Shown one piece after another: positions 51,201-63,410 of a DNA stretch of 64,000 nt. Source of the stretch: Callorhinchus milii (lineage: Eukaryota); the NCBI RefSeq assembly GCF_018977255.1, contig NW_024704742.1:93622001-93686000 (forward strand). Direction: 5' to 3'. The translations under genes were made by a program, and so were the position numbers. Each line of letters begins with the position of its first letter. Position 1 is the first letter of the stretch. The notes under the pieces were generated by a model. That model was not told the origin of the DNA. It saw nothing but the letters and a program-made list of their open reading frames with translations, and did no database searches.

Positions 51201-54200
51201 GTGATTTAATTTCAATGGAATGGTCCACTTTGTATTATAAATGTTATCAGTTTCTGAGATGTTTTCTTTCAGGACAGTCTCGTACAATGCTTGTGGTAAT
51301 TTTACAAAACAGGAGAGATTAGCAAAATTAGTTATTTTTACTGAAGAGAAGCAGTCGGATAGAATGACACAACCATTAAAACAAATTGCAACTAAAATAT
51401 TAAAAGATAGCTTAAAACAATTGTAAAACTGATCTAATGATCAATAAAAGTAATTCTCATTCGTTCTGCAACTTGCCAGCCAAGCAAATTACTTTTTTAA
51501 ATTTGTAGTTTGTTTAACTCATAAATCAAACTGAATCATGACTGATTTGGAATATGATCAATGGAAAGTATATTTCCTTTCAAATCTGAGAACTGTTTCC
51601 AAACTTTCTTGAAACCAGTTCTCAAATGATAATTACATAACAAGACTGAAGATGAATTATAGATATTTACATAAAAATTCCACATCACCTAGAATTTTAA
51701 CCTTCAAACTAAAACATTGTCTCAGACCGTGAAATCCAATTCTGAATATCTACTTAATATCTGAACTGACTGAAACTAAATACTTTAAGTCCTTAAGTGT
51801 AGTGCAAGCAGACCTAAAAAGGATGTTTTTTCAATTCAAAAGTGAACAGATAATCATGTAGTGAAAAGAAATAAAACTAGTTTTAATTAAATCCTAAAAA
51901 ATTTTTTTTTAATTTAATTCTAATTTTTTAAAAAATACAGAAAAGTTTGTTGGCTAATTTAGTGTTCCAATGATTAATCTCTGTAAATTCACTATTATGA
52001 GCTTTGAAATGACCTTTTAGTAATTCAAAGAAACTTTCTCTGTAGGTATTAATGTCAAGTGTAACGGTGTGTACTTTGAAGAATGTTCCGAAAGTATCGC
52101 AAAGGATTGGGAGTTTTAGGTGATCTAATTTACTGTGATATATAGTATTTATACTTTAGAGATTCTAGCACCATGATTTATTCATGACAGGAGTACAAAA
52201 AATATTTTTAGAGGAAACCACAGCTTGCTTTGCACAGAATCGTTAGTCACTGGGGTATTGATGTCAAATGATAATCCTCCAATTTCATGTTTCATTCAAA
52301 CAAGCCTCAGAACTACATCACACAACATTCAAGAAAAAATTACATTTAAACATTCACTGCAATTGGGTCAGTAAATCCTCATTTACAATGCAATTTGAGG
52401 TCAGATCAGACCTGAAATCCATCCTCAAAATGTCACTACTGTGACATTTGCCTGATGAATTGACCTTGGCTTCAAGTAGACCCACGTTGAGGGCAGGTTT
52501 ACACTAGATTCAATTTGGTTGTGATATAATGAAAAACACAGTTCATTTTATGCCTGGACTTGCATCACTTCATAGCGAATAGTTGGGAGCATTGCCAATA
52601 ACCAAAATTCATAAGCCACTTATATAAAAAAAACACAAATTAACCTCACTTTTATTTGCATTATGTTCTGCTCCTTAAAGCTAAAAATATTTAATGGCTA
52701 TTTTATGTTAGACTAATTGCTGCAAAAAAGACAGGAAAATCATGATTCACCAGCAAATGGTGTTTCTATCCACCGGTTGGTTAGAGAGGAAGGTTTTTGA
52801 TCACATATAGATTTACATCCCTGTAGTATAGATGAAAACAGTGCAATCAGCTCCAGCTATATTAGAAACTTATTTGGCAGGTCAGGAACCAAAAATGTTT
52901 CAAGACACAGTTTTTAATGTTATTAAAGAGTCTGTTGCACTCTTGAGGCTCAACATACTTCAAATGGTTTCAGCTTCAAGACAATGCTCTTAAGATTTAC
53001 GATCATGCAGCTTCTTGGAAAATTGTTAAATTCACTGTTAATTTGAAAGCTGGCTTTTTACAGACATTGATAAAAACTAGCATCCAAATTAAAACCCAAT
53101 TTAACATTTTAAATATTTAAATGTAACCTTAAATTTTAAGACAATGGTCTTAAGGGGAAGACCTTGAGAAATGTCCTCTAGCTCTTTAATAACATTGAAC
53201 AGTCTGCACTTATTGTGAATATGCAGAACTCTACTCAGCCACAATCTAAAACTAGGGGTCATAGTCTCAAGATTAAGGGTCAGCTTTTCGAACTGAGTTG
53301 AGGAAACGTTTCTTCACTCAGAGGGTGGTGAATTTGTGAAATTCTCTACCCTAGAATAGATTCAAGACTGAGGTTGATAGATTTCTAAAGGATAGAGGGA
53401 TTAAGGGATATGGGGATAGGGCGGGTAAATGGAATTAGGTTAGAAGATCAGCCATGATCTTATTAAATGGCGGGGCAGGCTCGAGGGGCTGAATGGCCTA
53501 TTCCTGCACCTACGCCTTATGGTCTTAGTACAATTTGGAGGGGAGCCTAATTATTTTTTTGCTCAACCGGGTATCTGACACATGTGGAAACCCATCCCCA
53601 TGCCTAAGAGTATCCAAACCAAACAGTGAATTCCATGCATCCCACCTACACATGGAAATCCCAGAGATAGATTGTTGGAATGGAATGTGTACTCTCTCCC
53701 TGAAGGGATGCATCCTGCTTACCTAATTCCTGTAAGTATTAAGCGCAGGTTGGCAAGAGCCAAGGCTTGGGGATCCCAGAGTGTGCGTTGGGGTATTGCT
53801 GGCATTTAACGGAGCCTAATTCTGGTTTCCCATTCCTAATCACTTTATTGTTGGGAGTAATGTTCTCTTTTCCAGCAGTGAAAACAGGGCACAACATATT
53901 CAAATGCAGCTGTTAAAAACCAGAGCAACAGTTTTGTATTAATGAACTTCAATAAAATGAAAAAGAGTATTCTCACCAAAAAATGTTTTATTTTTGTTAA
54001 AAATAGGAACTTCACAAATCCTGAATTATTTACTTTATTGGAACAACTACTAGCCAGAATTCAAGAATTCAAACCATGTTTTTATTTAAATTTAATGTTT
54101 GACCCAAATTAAGGTTCCTCTCAAAACTGTCTAAACTTTGTTAGAGCCATCCAAACTCCATAAACAAATGAACAGAATGTTTTGAAATTCTTGTCCCCAC

Positions 54201-56506
54201 AAATGCTTATACCCCACAACCCACCTGAAAAAAAATTCAAACCCTTCATTGTGTATATTCTTTGACAGATTTTATTTAAAGATTTCAAGAAAAACTGTTT
54301 GGGAAAAATGTTTTGTTTGGAAAGCCGGAAAAGCTACATTTCAAAATGGAGTGACAAAGATTTTATAAATACATGATCATATCTATGTGGAAAACATCAA
54401 AATTATCCAATGAGTGGTTGAGCAATAGAGATTTGGGAAGATCCCAGTTTCAATCCTCGATTTGTGCTGATGTTAATTAGGTCAATTATTGAGGTGCTGC
54501 ATAATTGTGGCTTAGGTCTGAGAGGGGAAAGTCACCTGTGGTTTTTGCTCCCAAATGCTCACCAGTGAATCTTGTTGGAGATTTGCATGAGTAAGCATTC
54601 TTTGGACTGTAACGAACTTGAGAATTGTCCCCCCTCCTCCACCCTCCCAATCCCTATCAAATAGCTAAGAACCATTAAAGTAAGTTTTTATCCACAAAAT
54701 AAAAACCAAAGTAATTGTCGGAGTCTTTTTTCCCCCCTGAAAAATACAGGAGAAAATCTGGGGGAGGGGGATTGAATTTAACACAAAGACCCAGGTAAAT
54801 TCAGGATTTATTTTGGAAATTCAAAAACTTTAAGGAAATTAGATAGCAATAAAACATTTTTTTTTGTGAAAAAAAAGTGCTTACATTGATCAAGGTAACT
54901 AATCCAATTGATATTTTCACAGGAAGGAAGTGAGATGCATTATGTTGTGTAGATTCCAAAACTCAACCTTCCTGAACTGGAACTCTAGGAAAACAATTTA
55001 CCAGCCCGTGAAATGTAATGAACATGCAGATTCCCAAAACTCGCTCACCTTTGAGTGCATCATATTACACAGATTCTTGAAACTGGCAGTGCAGAAAGGC
55101 AGATCTCAGGAATGTGAGCCCACCATAACAGACGTTGAGTAAAATTGTCTAATAATAATCCTTGCATTTGATATAGAGCTTTTCACGTCTTCTAGACGTT
55201 TTTCATTTTTTATAAGTGATATGTGGGTAAAACATGTTTTTTGACTGACTTTCAACCAAAAAGTCAGTATTTATTAGTGAAAAATCATTAAAAAAAAGTT
55301 TAAACAAATATCCTACTGTAATTCAATAAAGCAGCTTACAGTGGTGGCCATGCAACTATACCATGTAAAAGGAAAAATTAATCCAGTATCTTCATCGGAG
55401 AACAACAAATGTTTGGGAGAAATACAACAAATGCACTTCAAGGAGTGTATCGAGCAGAATAATATAATAAATAATAATAATAATCCTTGCATTTGATATA
55501 GCGTTTTTCATGTCTTCTAGACTTCCCAAAGCGCTTCACAGAATATACTGTAAAGTGAATTGACTGTGTATTTGTGGACGAACGTGGCAGCCAATTGTGC
55601 ACAGCAATATCCCACAAAAATAACTGATGCCTTTTCTATCTGTACCTTACACTCAAACGGATGTAGCTTAAATATAATAATACAATGCTGACTGCCTATC
55701 TTGATCATTTTACCTATTCAAAAGCCTAGTTTTATTTGCCACATCAGAATTGACAAGGAAGAGAATACTATCCACTATTTCAGTGAACGGAAGCTGGTTT
55801 AGTGTGCATCACTGTGAACCAATATCCAATACAGACCATCCTCTATAGGAAGTCATACACACATTTACTTGCCACACATTTATTTGCCACACTGTATTAG
55901 AGCCCCCATACAAAACATCCATCAGACAATTATCTCAAAGAGTCATCTTATTCAAAAAACACTACATCCCGGGCTGAGATCTACTAACTCACCAGAGACA
56001 GATTTGAACCTGTAACCTTATGCTCTGTATGTCCCAGTGGACCCCAGGTAGGAGCTAAACTCACTGGACTAACAGAAGAGCATAATTACATTTTTTTAAA
56101 AATCCAGATGAATTTCACTGAAGTCAATTAGTTCTGAAAGGGAAAGATAGACTAACATCTAGCTTTTACTACTTTTATTCCAGATTTTTAATTTTCCTGT
56201 GTTACATAAATTAAAAATCTTTTTGCTAATTATCCATTCATTGATTGTTTATATCAACAATACCAGTAATCTTGATTGCATTACATTGCACTGTAAAGAG
56301 ATTGTATCTTTTGCTTTGACAAAGTGGTTACAAAAGTAAAATAAATTACTGGGCGAGAGCTTGGGGCATTTGAACACCACTTTTACCTGTCCAGCAGATG
56401 AACTCAATTAAAGTACCAAATCCTAATTGCTCACCTTTGTGGAGAGAGAGAAAAGAAGGACTTTGTCATGATTTCTTCTAAAGTGCTCCAAAAGCAGCTG
56501 GAGTAC
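26228..56506 (-). CDS. ERCC6L2: ERCC6L2 (RAD26L/HEBO) SNF2-family DNA translocase, 5'-partial spliced CDS: join(complement 56435-56506, 45839-45984, 45632-45727, 43800-43899, 42456-42608, 41345-41425, 38860-40168, 36513-36661, 30215-30402, 26228-27221)
   Basis: I spliced the exons by hand. Phases are consistent and give one open frame with SNF2 helicase-C motifs ([48 protein letters not shown]), then [24 protein letters not shown] and the VIGSSKAEN motif, recognised from recall of vertebrate ERCC6L2. Confidence 0.95.
28411..28786 (-). mobile_element. Full-length SINE (long form)
   Basis: Reverse complement of the 3683-4058 type, with an intact B box GGTTCGATTCCC. Confidence 0.92.
30215..30402 (-). 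CDS. ERCC6L2: ERCC6L2 exon, [14 protein letters not shown]...[30 protein letters not shown](R)
   Basis: 188 nt, ttatag acceptor and gtgagt donor, phase 0/2. Open frame linking both neighbouring exons. Not in the ORF track. Confidence 0.88.
30595..30792 (+). mobile_element. L2 3' fragment
   Basis: CTTCAAGTTCCATCTCAAGACCCTCCTCTTCGAC, the tail stem-loop and (TTG)n. Confidence 0.85.
30797..31410 (+). mobile_element. Penelope-like element 3' fragment (GIY-YIG endonuclease C-terminal part plus terminal repeat region)
   Basis: [12 protein letters not shown]...[15 protein letters not shown]...RKLEEQHLI followed by a GLNIDF-type end, typical of PLE GIY-YIG domains. Confidence 0.85.
32070..32513 (-). 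mobile_element. Near-complete older Deu-domain SINE (SacSINE1-like)
   Basis: Minus-strand head GTGTCAAGCTTAGCTCAGCTGATAGCACTCTCACCTCTGAGTCAAAAGGTTGTGAGTTCAAA, Deu core and L2-type tail. Similar heads at about 18712-18790 and 57440-57500. Confidence 0.75.
34165..34459 (-). mobile_element. SINE, short form
   Basis: Reverse-complement homology to 7935-8253. Confidence 0.85.
36513..36661 (-). CDS. ERCC6L2: ERCC6L2 exon with VIGSSK motif, (G)[49 protein letters not shown]
   Basis: 149 nt, ttgcag acceptor and gtaaaa donor, phase 1/0. Confidence 0.93.
37359..37676 (+). mobile_element. Full-length SINE (short form)
   Basis: Near-identical to 7935-8253 and 57960-58283. Confidence 0.92.
38100..38420 (+). 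mobile_element. L2 3' fragment
   Basis: [14 protein letters not shown] remnant; tail AAGCGCTCTGAGACGCTACCCTGCGTGAAGGGTGCTATATAAGTGCAAGTT(GTT)n. Confidence 0.85.
38860..40168 (-). CDS. ERCC6L2: ERCC6L2 large acidic, serine-rich exon ([10 protein letters not shown]...GSMDKLL)
   Basis: 1309 nt open frame (track ORF 38825..40165), atttag acceptor and gtaatt donor, phase 0/1. Low-complexity S/D/E/K content with [12 protein letters not shown] and SMDKLL blocks. Confidence 0.9.
39411..39490 (+). mobile_element. L2 3'-tail insertion inside the ERCC6L2 coding exon
   Basis: CCTGACTGTCCAGCACCTTGGGACGTCCTTCCGACTTGAAAGGCGCTATACAAATGTAATTT(TGTAT)n matches L2 tails elsewhere in the window. Flanked by an imperfect 13-bp direct repeat. 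Confidence 0.88.
41345..41425 (-). CDS. ERCC6L2: ERCC6L2 exon, [27 protein letters not shown]
   Basis: 81 nt, ttgcag acceptor and gtgagt donor, phase 0/0. Confidence 0.92.
42456..42608 (-). CDS. ERCC6L2: ERCC6L2 exon, [51 protein letters not shown]
   Basis: 153 nt, ctttag acceptor and gtgagg donor, phase 0/0. Not in the ORF track. Confidence 0.95.
43800..43899 (-). CDS. ERCC6L2: ERCC6L2 exon, [33 protein letters not shown]
   Basis: 100 nt, ctacag acceptor and gtgagt donor, phase 2/0. Confidence 0.95.
43950..44340 (-). mobile_element. L2 3' fragment
   Basis: [38 protein letters not shown] plus the tail. Confidence 0.9.
44700..45170 (+). mobile_element. Old CR1 ORF2 3' remnant
   Basis: Degenerate [14 protein letters not shown] and LFKLE..RT motifs, followed by a CR1-like 3' region. 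Confidence 0.55.
45632..45727 (-). CDS. ERCC6L2: ERCC6L2 exon, [31 protein letters not shown](R)
   Basis: 96 nt, ttgcag acceptor, non-canonical GC donor (AG|gcatgt), phase 2/2. Helicase motifs V-VI. Confidence 0.93.
45839..45984 (-). CDS. ERCC6L2: ERCC6L2 exon, [48 protein letters not shown](M)
   Basis: 146 nt, catcag acceptor and gtaagg donor, phase 0/2. Confidence 0.95.
46973..47328. repeat. Perfect tandem duplication, 2 x 178 bp
   Basis: 46973-47150 is identical to 47151-47328 by direct comparison. Confidence 0.95.
47331..47946. mobile_element. Two L2 3' fragments head-to-head (minus about 47331-47770, plus about 47778-47946)
   Basis: Tails point outward at both ends; the sequence switches from purine-rich to pyrimidine-rich. 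Confidence 0.8.
50063..50570 (-). mobile_element. L2 3' fragment, tail-to-tail with a SINE tail at about 49945-50062
   Basis: Minus-strand [36 protein letters not shown] remnant. Confidence 0.9.
53249..53528 (+). mobile_element. CR1 LINE 3' end
   Basis: [10 protein letters not shown]...[12 protein letters not shown], followed by the 3' UTR GATCAGCCATGATC...GGCTGAATGGCCTATTCCTG. Confidence 0.9.
53553..53810 (-). mobile_element. Unclassified retroposon copy (family also at about 1-315, 24397-24650, 31735-31826, 35700-35800)
   Basis: Mutual homology between the copies, an oligo-A 3' end on the minus strand, and an 11-bp direct repeat GGAGCCTAATT on both flanks. Confidence 0.75.
55465..55620 (-). 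mobile_element. SINE 3' half (a second tail stub lies at about 55150-55200)
   Basis: Reverse-complement homology to the SINE tail. Confidence 0.8.
56435..56506 (-). CDS. ERCC6L2: ERCC6L2 exon, [24 protein letters not shown]
   Basis: 72 nt, tttcag acceptor and gtgagc donor, phase 0/0. Start of the helicase C-terminal lobe. Not in the ORF track. Confidence 0.92.
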
Positions 56507-57959
56507 CTGAAAGCATAGACAATGATTTTTCAGCATATTGTTCAGAACAGACACTGCACCATTCTGCATAAAACTACCATACTGTATAACAAGGGAGAGG
56601 AAGAATACAATAGAACAAAGTAATTAAAAAAATAATTCATTAAATGAAGTAAAGAAATATCTAATCTAAACAAAATAAATGTGGCTTTGGCAATCAATAC
56701 ATCATGCACAGAGTTAAAAACAAATAATAAAAGATTCTTGTCTAGACCCAAAGCCTTGGGCTAAAGTTCAAACTTCAAAATGTTCTTCGGACTAGTTTCA
56801 GTTTGGATTCTATCCAAAAGACTGTCGTGCTAATGCACTATAACGTTCTCATTTTTTTTGGCAGGTGAGCACAAAGGAAACAACATTACATGGATGTTAA
56901 ATGTGGCTTATTGTTTACAATTCCATTTCCACCTCCTTTTCTTGTTGGATCCCACTTGCCAACAGCTGGAAAATGGGTTGGTCCCAGTAGTAGATGGCAA
57001 TAGCTGTTAATGGAGCTCTACAAAAGAAGGAAATTTTTGTATTCGCTTGGAGTTTGCTCCCTTAGAAAATGTGTGCAAATCTAAATGAACAAATGGTCTG
57101 CTAAAGTCAGCTGCTAAGAAGTACCCGAATATGGTTAGGATCACTCATACCTCTTGAGTTTTTTTTCGCTCTTAGTGATTAGTGATTCAGCTGAGAGTTT
57201 GCAAAAAAACATGCTTACATAAAACAAATACTGTATATACATCAGCTGATGGTTATCTGTAGCAGTGTACATTTGGTGAAAATGTTTGCTTACAAAGATG
57301 GCTGCAGCAATGCTGTTTTATCTAAAGGATACCATGATTTTGTATTTTTTTGTAATTACTCTATCCTAACTAATGTCTCAATTGGCAAATTCTGGCTGGT
57401 CAATTGATGCTGGTAATGGACAGTGAGGTGAAATTGATAGTCAGCCTGGGTCATTTGGTAGCACTCTTGCCTCTGAGTCAGAATGTTCAAGCCCCATGTT
57501 AGGACTCATGGGCAGGACCAATAGAAAATTGTGGTAATAGAAAATTCCAGAGTGTTGATTGGTGCTATTGAAAGATACATTTACTGCCAACCAACACATT
57601 TTCACTTTATTGATAAAATCGAAATATGAAGAAATGTTTATGTTTGCTGGGGATTGCTGCATTGATGGAAGTTCAGATAAGACCTTAAAGCTGAATGCTG
57701 TTCAGGTGGATGTTAAAGACACCATGGCCTTATTCTTAAAGAGAAAAGAGTTTCACTGTGTCCTAGCCAACTTTAAAAACATTTTTCAAACTTTTGATAT
57801 GATAAGTACATCAAACATAAGGATTATATTACATACACTGGACAATCCTATTTCCCACCACACCAATACCATTCATGTATATTCCATAATGCCTTGCAGG
57901 TCTATAAGCGGCAATCTTATTTTAAAAGGAATCCAGTACAGCACAGCATATTGGCATTT

Positions 57960-58283
57960 GTGGAGTCCTGTAGCTCAGTGGTTAGAGCACTCGCTTTGCA
58001 AGTGAGAGACCCGAGTTCAATTCCAGGCAGGGCGAAACCTTGGGCAAGTTTCCTTACTCCACACGCCTAATAATAATCCCTCCAAAACCAAAAACAATAA
58101 TAAATTGGTCATTTTCATTCTACGACTGTTTGTGGGACATTGCTGTGCGCAATTGGCTGCCGCGTTCGCCCACAAATATACAGTCAATTCACTTTACAGT
58201 GTGTTCTGTGAAGCGCTTTGGGATGTCCTCCTGACATGAAAAGTGCTATATCAAATGCAAGGATTATTATTATTATTATTATT
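57960..58283 (+). mobile_element. Full-length SINE (short form)
   Basis: Near-identical to 37359-37676. Confidence 0.92.
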
Positions 58284-61200
58284 GACCAGGTGGTGCAAGT
58301 GAGATGTTTCTTCACGTTCCTCACTCTTGCCCTTTTGTGTAAGTAACAAAGGCCTCACACTCCTATCCAAATATCAGCCCTTAGAATACAGTGCTGTCCT
58401 CCTGAGGTTGACACTCGGGTTCGGAAAACTAATGAGATGGTTGGCCCTGCACCAGATAATAAAAAAATGGTTTAATCTATATCAGTGTGTGGCAATGAAG
58501 AAAAAATGTTTCCACTGAGCCATTAGTTCTGTGCATCACTAGGTCAGTACCATTTTGGGGTTATTCAACTATGCCCTGCGTCTTTCAAACTCAATTTGAA
58601 TTTTATATTTTTTTTCTTAAATCCCACTTTTGCTAAACCTCATTTAGAAGAAAAATCATCATGTACACAATATTTATGGGTTTTACTAGAAACAAACCGT
58701 AAGATAATTGAATACATGTCCCTCCACCCCCAATAAATAAGTTGAAATTTGGCTTCATTCTACTCAAACAGTACTAGGATGAAAGAAAGCCCCAAAACAC
58801 TGCTCCATATGAATGGCACTATATAAATGTATATAAGTTGTTGCTGTTGTTGTAGTAGGATAGCTGATGCATTCCTTCGCCTTCCATGCAAAATTTTCAA
58901 AAGCAAAAANTCCAAATTGTGCCTTCACTTGTGTGGGGAGAAATTCCACTTGGGTTTATATTAACTCAACTTGTGTAGAATTTCAGAAGAGTCAAGAATT
59001 TGCCAAATTCTTAAACACAGCCTAAATTTTGTAAGTTTATGTTAAGAAACATAGAGAAACAACTTGAAAGTTGAGGCTGAATTCATCAATTTGCTAAATT
59101 CTGTGCAGTCTAAAATGTAGCATAAATAGAGTAAATCTAAACCACAAGTGGAAATTCTCCCCAGGAACTCATATTTTCCCGTCACCATTTCACCCTCATA
59201 CAAAGTATTTGAAACTTTTAACATTTTACTAATATATAAAAGATTTTAATTAACAATTCTCAGCCTACACCATAAACTGAATTAAATCTGGGTTCAAGTG
59301 CATCGCTGTAAAATCTGTTTTCAAGCAGTGAAAACTGTGTAATAAAGTATATGCCCTTCAGTTGTAAATAAAAATTAGGGCTATGGCTACAATTTACTCA
59401 AATAAAGCTGACACATTTGATCAACCTTTAAAAAAATATTATTCACCATATTTTAACAAATGTAGTATTAATATTTACATATAAACACATTCTGAGGAAA
59501 TGGGATACATTAGTATAATAAAAGGTAAAATAACACTATTTTAAGACGAGACTGCACATTTCAATGTGGATTTAGAGAACATATCAGGGGTTCAATAATG
59601 TAATTCAATGGGAAAATAATATATAAAAGCTTGTAGAATGGGTCTGCACAGAGCTACTCTTATCTGAAAATTTCTAAAGCAAGGACTTTACTCAATGTCT
59701 TCTTGGAACTCTCTTCTCTAAATAATCAGTCAGATACCCAAGGGGGTGCTCTTGTGTTGCTCTGTTTACAGTAGGCCATGGCTTCCCAGAATGTGTACAG
59801 ATGTGGACCAGCCAATAATTTGACTCTCAAGATATTCCACCATTTGGGAAGCAAATAACTGGGGTTTTGTGTACAATGGCTGGACTGTTATTTTCAAGGG
59901 AAGCATGTCCACATCTGGCAGTAGCAGTCTGAACGGACTACGCCGAAGATGAAATGCACCAAGGGGAAATGTGGAATTTTCTGCACCATGTCCATTGCTT
60001 TCATTCAGTCAGTAATAAAACATTACAACTGCTAATGTTGCATTTCGATGCTTGCAAGTCTTTTTAAATGAGCCAGGTTGGAATCAATGTAGACATTTTT
60101 TTTCTGCCGGTTCAAAGTTACTACTCGAAAATTTAGGGTTACGTTGTATACATTTTGACATGCAAAATGAACAATAAAAGTACCAGTCGATTTCAGAAGG
60201 ATACTATGGCATGATTTAAAACGTTTACTTTGTGATATGCCTTCACCTTTACTCTGGTGATGTCATCCACAGGTGTCCATTTTGAGGGTCACTAACAAGG
60301 ACCAGTGAAGTCAGGTTTTATCTTCCAAACAAAATCTGGGTATGTTATTGTTTCACAAAATGAGAGTATTTGGAGGTGGGGGAGTTTGACACCTAAGCGA
60401 AACTGGTAAATTTGTTGAAAATCCAGATTTATTTTGGAACATCAAAAACAAGCCAGATACTGTACTAATGAAGCAGTTGCTTTATTGATATACCAGAGTA
60501 AAGGTTATCCACACTGATTGCAGATAAACAAGCAGTACAGTTAATTAACATCATGTAAAATACAAATGACCACAGTCCTAACTAAAAAAATTATTTAATC
60601 AAATTATGCTGGCGCTATAGCACCCCACTGTGCAAGATCTACTCTCTCTCACTCTGACACACACGCACAAATCCAATTCATGTGTAACTCCTTAAACCAT
60701 TTCACCTTGTGTGCCATGCATACAACCAGATTTTCAATGTAGTGCAGGAACATTCCAGAATGACGACATTAGGTTTTCTATAGACTGAGTTTCACAAAAA
60801 AGTGACCCAGTTAAAGGTGCTTTGCCAGACACCAGTTAACTCCGGATACCGGGTAAATCAGACATAACGCCCGGCCCCAATTCATTTGTATTCTGATCCG
60901 TTTTAAATATGCCGGTTAATCTGTACAAAATGCTGTGCTGGTCGGCACTATGTCTGCTCGCTCTTTGTCAAAAGCGACTCCAAGATGGAGATAGGAGGAG
61001 ATAAATTGCGATCGACAGCGGACTCCAGCCATTCAGAAGTGGTGTGTCAATCAGTGAGGGGCGGAGAAATGTGGAAGAAACAAGGAAGGGAATGGAATGG
61101 GAGCAGTCAAATCACGATTGATTGACAGCAAGAGCCGGGAATGAGTGGAGTGACCATCCAGCTCCAGGCTGACAATCATCTTGGATCCGCCGCTAATTGG

Positions 61201-63015
61201 TGCTCTTCCTGTCCAATGGGAACTGGAATTGGAGGGAGAAGTGCCGCCGCTCATCCTCTCTACTGGAGGTAAGAACTTCAGATAACCTCGGATGCCATTT
61301 AAGATGGACTAAACAGCCCTATGTGTCCGCCTTAAGCAGCTTCCACTGTATTTAATTTGGTAGGAATTGGTAATAATAATAATAATCTGTGCATTTATGG
61401 CTCTCTGGTTTATCACTTATTACATTCAAGAGTGAATTAACTGCTTTATTAGTTCAGCATCTGTTTTATTTTTGATGTTCCAAAATAAATCCCAATATTC
61501 ATCCAAAAAACACTCATTACTCACTAGTGATGAGTTACAGAAAATTATTTCTCCAGCTAAACCTCAATCCAGACGCTCTTGTAATGCATCAGAGAAGAAA
61601 TTGTAGGCCTAGAACAAAGTTGTAAAAGCCATGAAGCGCCTAGGTTTTATCACTTGTCTGCTAATTATTAGTTAATTTCAGTCAAGCTGGCAGTCAGGGA
61701 AGGGCAGAGAAATACCACAAATGGGTGTAGTATTCCTAGGATAGGATTCTTGATTCTCATAGTCTTCCAGGAAGGAAGCCCTACTGGAGGGTTGAGGTAA
61801 AGGAAAGATAAAGCTGAGTAGCAATTTTTTTTATTAAGATTTCCAACGTTCGCTGCCTAGTCTCACACATTAATAGCCACATAAGGTCAACACTATGGTC
61901 AAGATCCAAGTACCTCAAATGTACAAGTAAAGTACATTCTAAATATCATTGTCAGTTTGCATATATGGGCAAAGGATCTGAAAAAAAACACACACCATTG
62001 TAGCTGTAAAATATTGCAGCAATGAAAAGTCTAATTCTCAAGAATTAAATTATCAATTTTCAAGCTACTGTTCAATTTTTTGACAAAATATAAATAAGTT
62101 TTGAATTTTTTTTTCGAAAGCTGATTATTCTGATCCATTTTTGTGAAAAGGTTAATGCACCTCAAATAGTTAATAAAAAATCTCGAAGAATACAGACCAC
62201 TGCAGTTATTACAGTGAACACACCAATTATCAAAAAAACACGAGAGCAGAAGCTGGAGATCAGCCAGCTCCAGGCACAAAAATAATGGCAATTTTGACTT
62301 CTAAATCTTTAGAAGAAAGTGGCACAGACAACTGTCAATGAATAGTCTGAACTTTTTTTTTGTGTGAAATGGACAATAACAAATAGCTGGAATAGATCAC
62401 AGGGAAGTAATGTAATCATGGGTTCAGTGGATGTCATGAATCACCAAAGCCAAGCAAGAACACCTATTACCTGACCACAAGATTATATTACTGCTTTGAC
62501 TTTACTCCAGGATAGCTGTTATTCAATGCACATTGTTAGTGGGTGATGTTTTCATTTTTGGCTTTGTGTCTGTGCCACTGCTGATTGTCAATATGATCTG
62601 CCTTGTTGATGTGTGATGACATTCACACTGAAGGATTAACGATTATGATGTTATCATCTTTATCGAGATATAACTTTCAGATAACTTTGCAGACCCTTAT
62701 AATGCAGAGCTGAGGTCTGGAGTACAGTGGAGAGGGGAGGTGAGCAACTGAAGACAATGGTTGTAGTATAATCATAATGCACCATTATATAAATAAAAGG
62801 CCACAAAGCCAATCTTTTGACCTAAGAGCTACACAAGTCACCTTAAGAGTCTACCATTCATTTTCTGGTATGCTCCAGTTACATTATAAATGAGATACTT
62901 GTTTCTTAGCAGTAGGGAATTTGGAACTCTTAGAAGTGTACAGGAGGATGAACTCATCCTGGCAAAAATTTGATTTACAGTAAAACTCACATAAGTTGTA
63001 TCAGTCGGGACCATT

Positions 63016-63152
63016 TCACCCACAAATATACAGTCAATTCACTTCACAGTATATTCTGTGAAGCGCTTTGAGATGGCTTGAAGACGTGAAAAGCGCTATA
63101 TCAAATGCAAGGATTATTATTATTATTATATCAAATGCAAGGATTATTATTA
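63016..63152 (+). mobile_element. SINE 3' fragment with a duplicated terminus
   Basis: TATATCAAATGCAAGG(ATT)n occurs twice in tandem. Confidence 0.85.
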
Positions 63153-63410
63153 ACATTTAATATGACTTATGTGAAGTCCAAGTTGTAGCTGAACCTGTAT
63201 TAGTCATACAGAATTTGATTTAATCAATAACCCATACTGTACATGCGTAATTCAATGCAACCGGTAAATGCAAGTGCATGAGTTGACTAGTCAAGACATT
63301 TCCTGCAATATTATTGCAATACTTATTGGCAAGTGCCTTACTGGAATCGCACTGACTAGCAGGAAATTAAGTTCTTTTGCGCATGAGTCGACGGATCAAG
63401 AGTATGCAGT

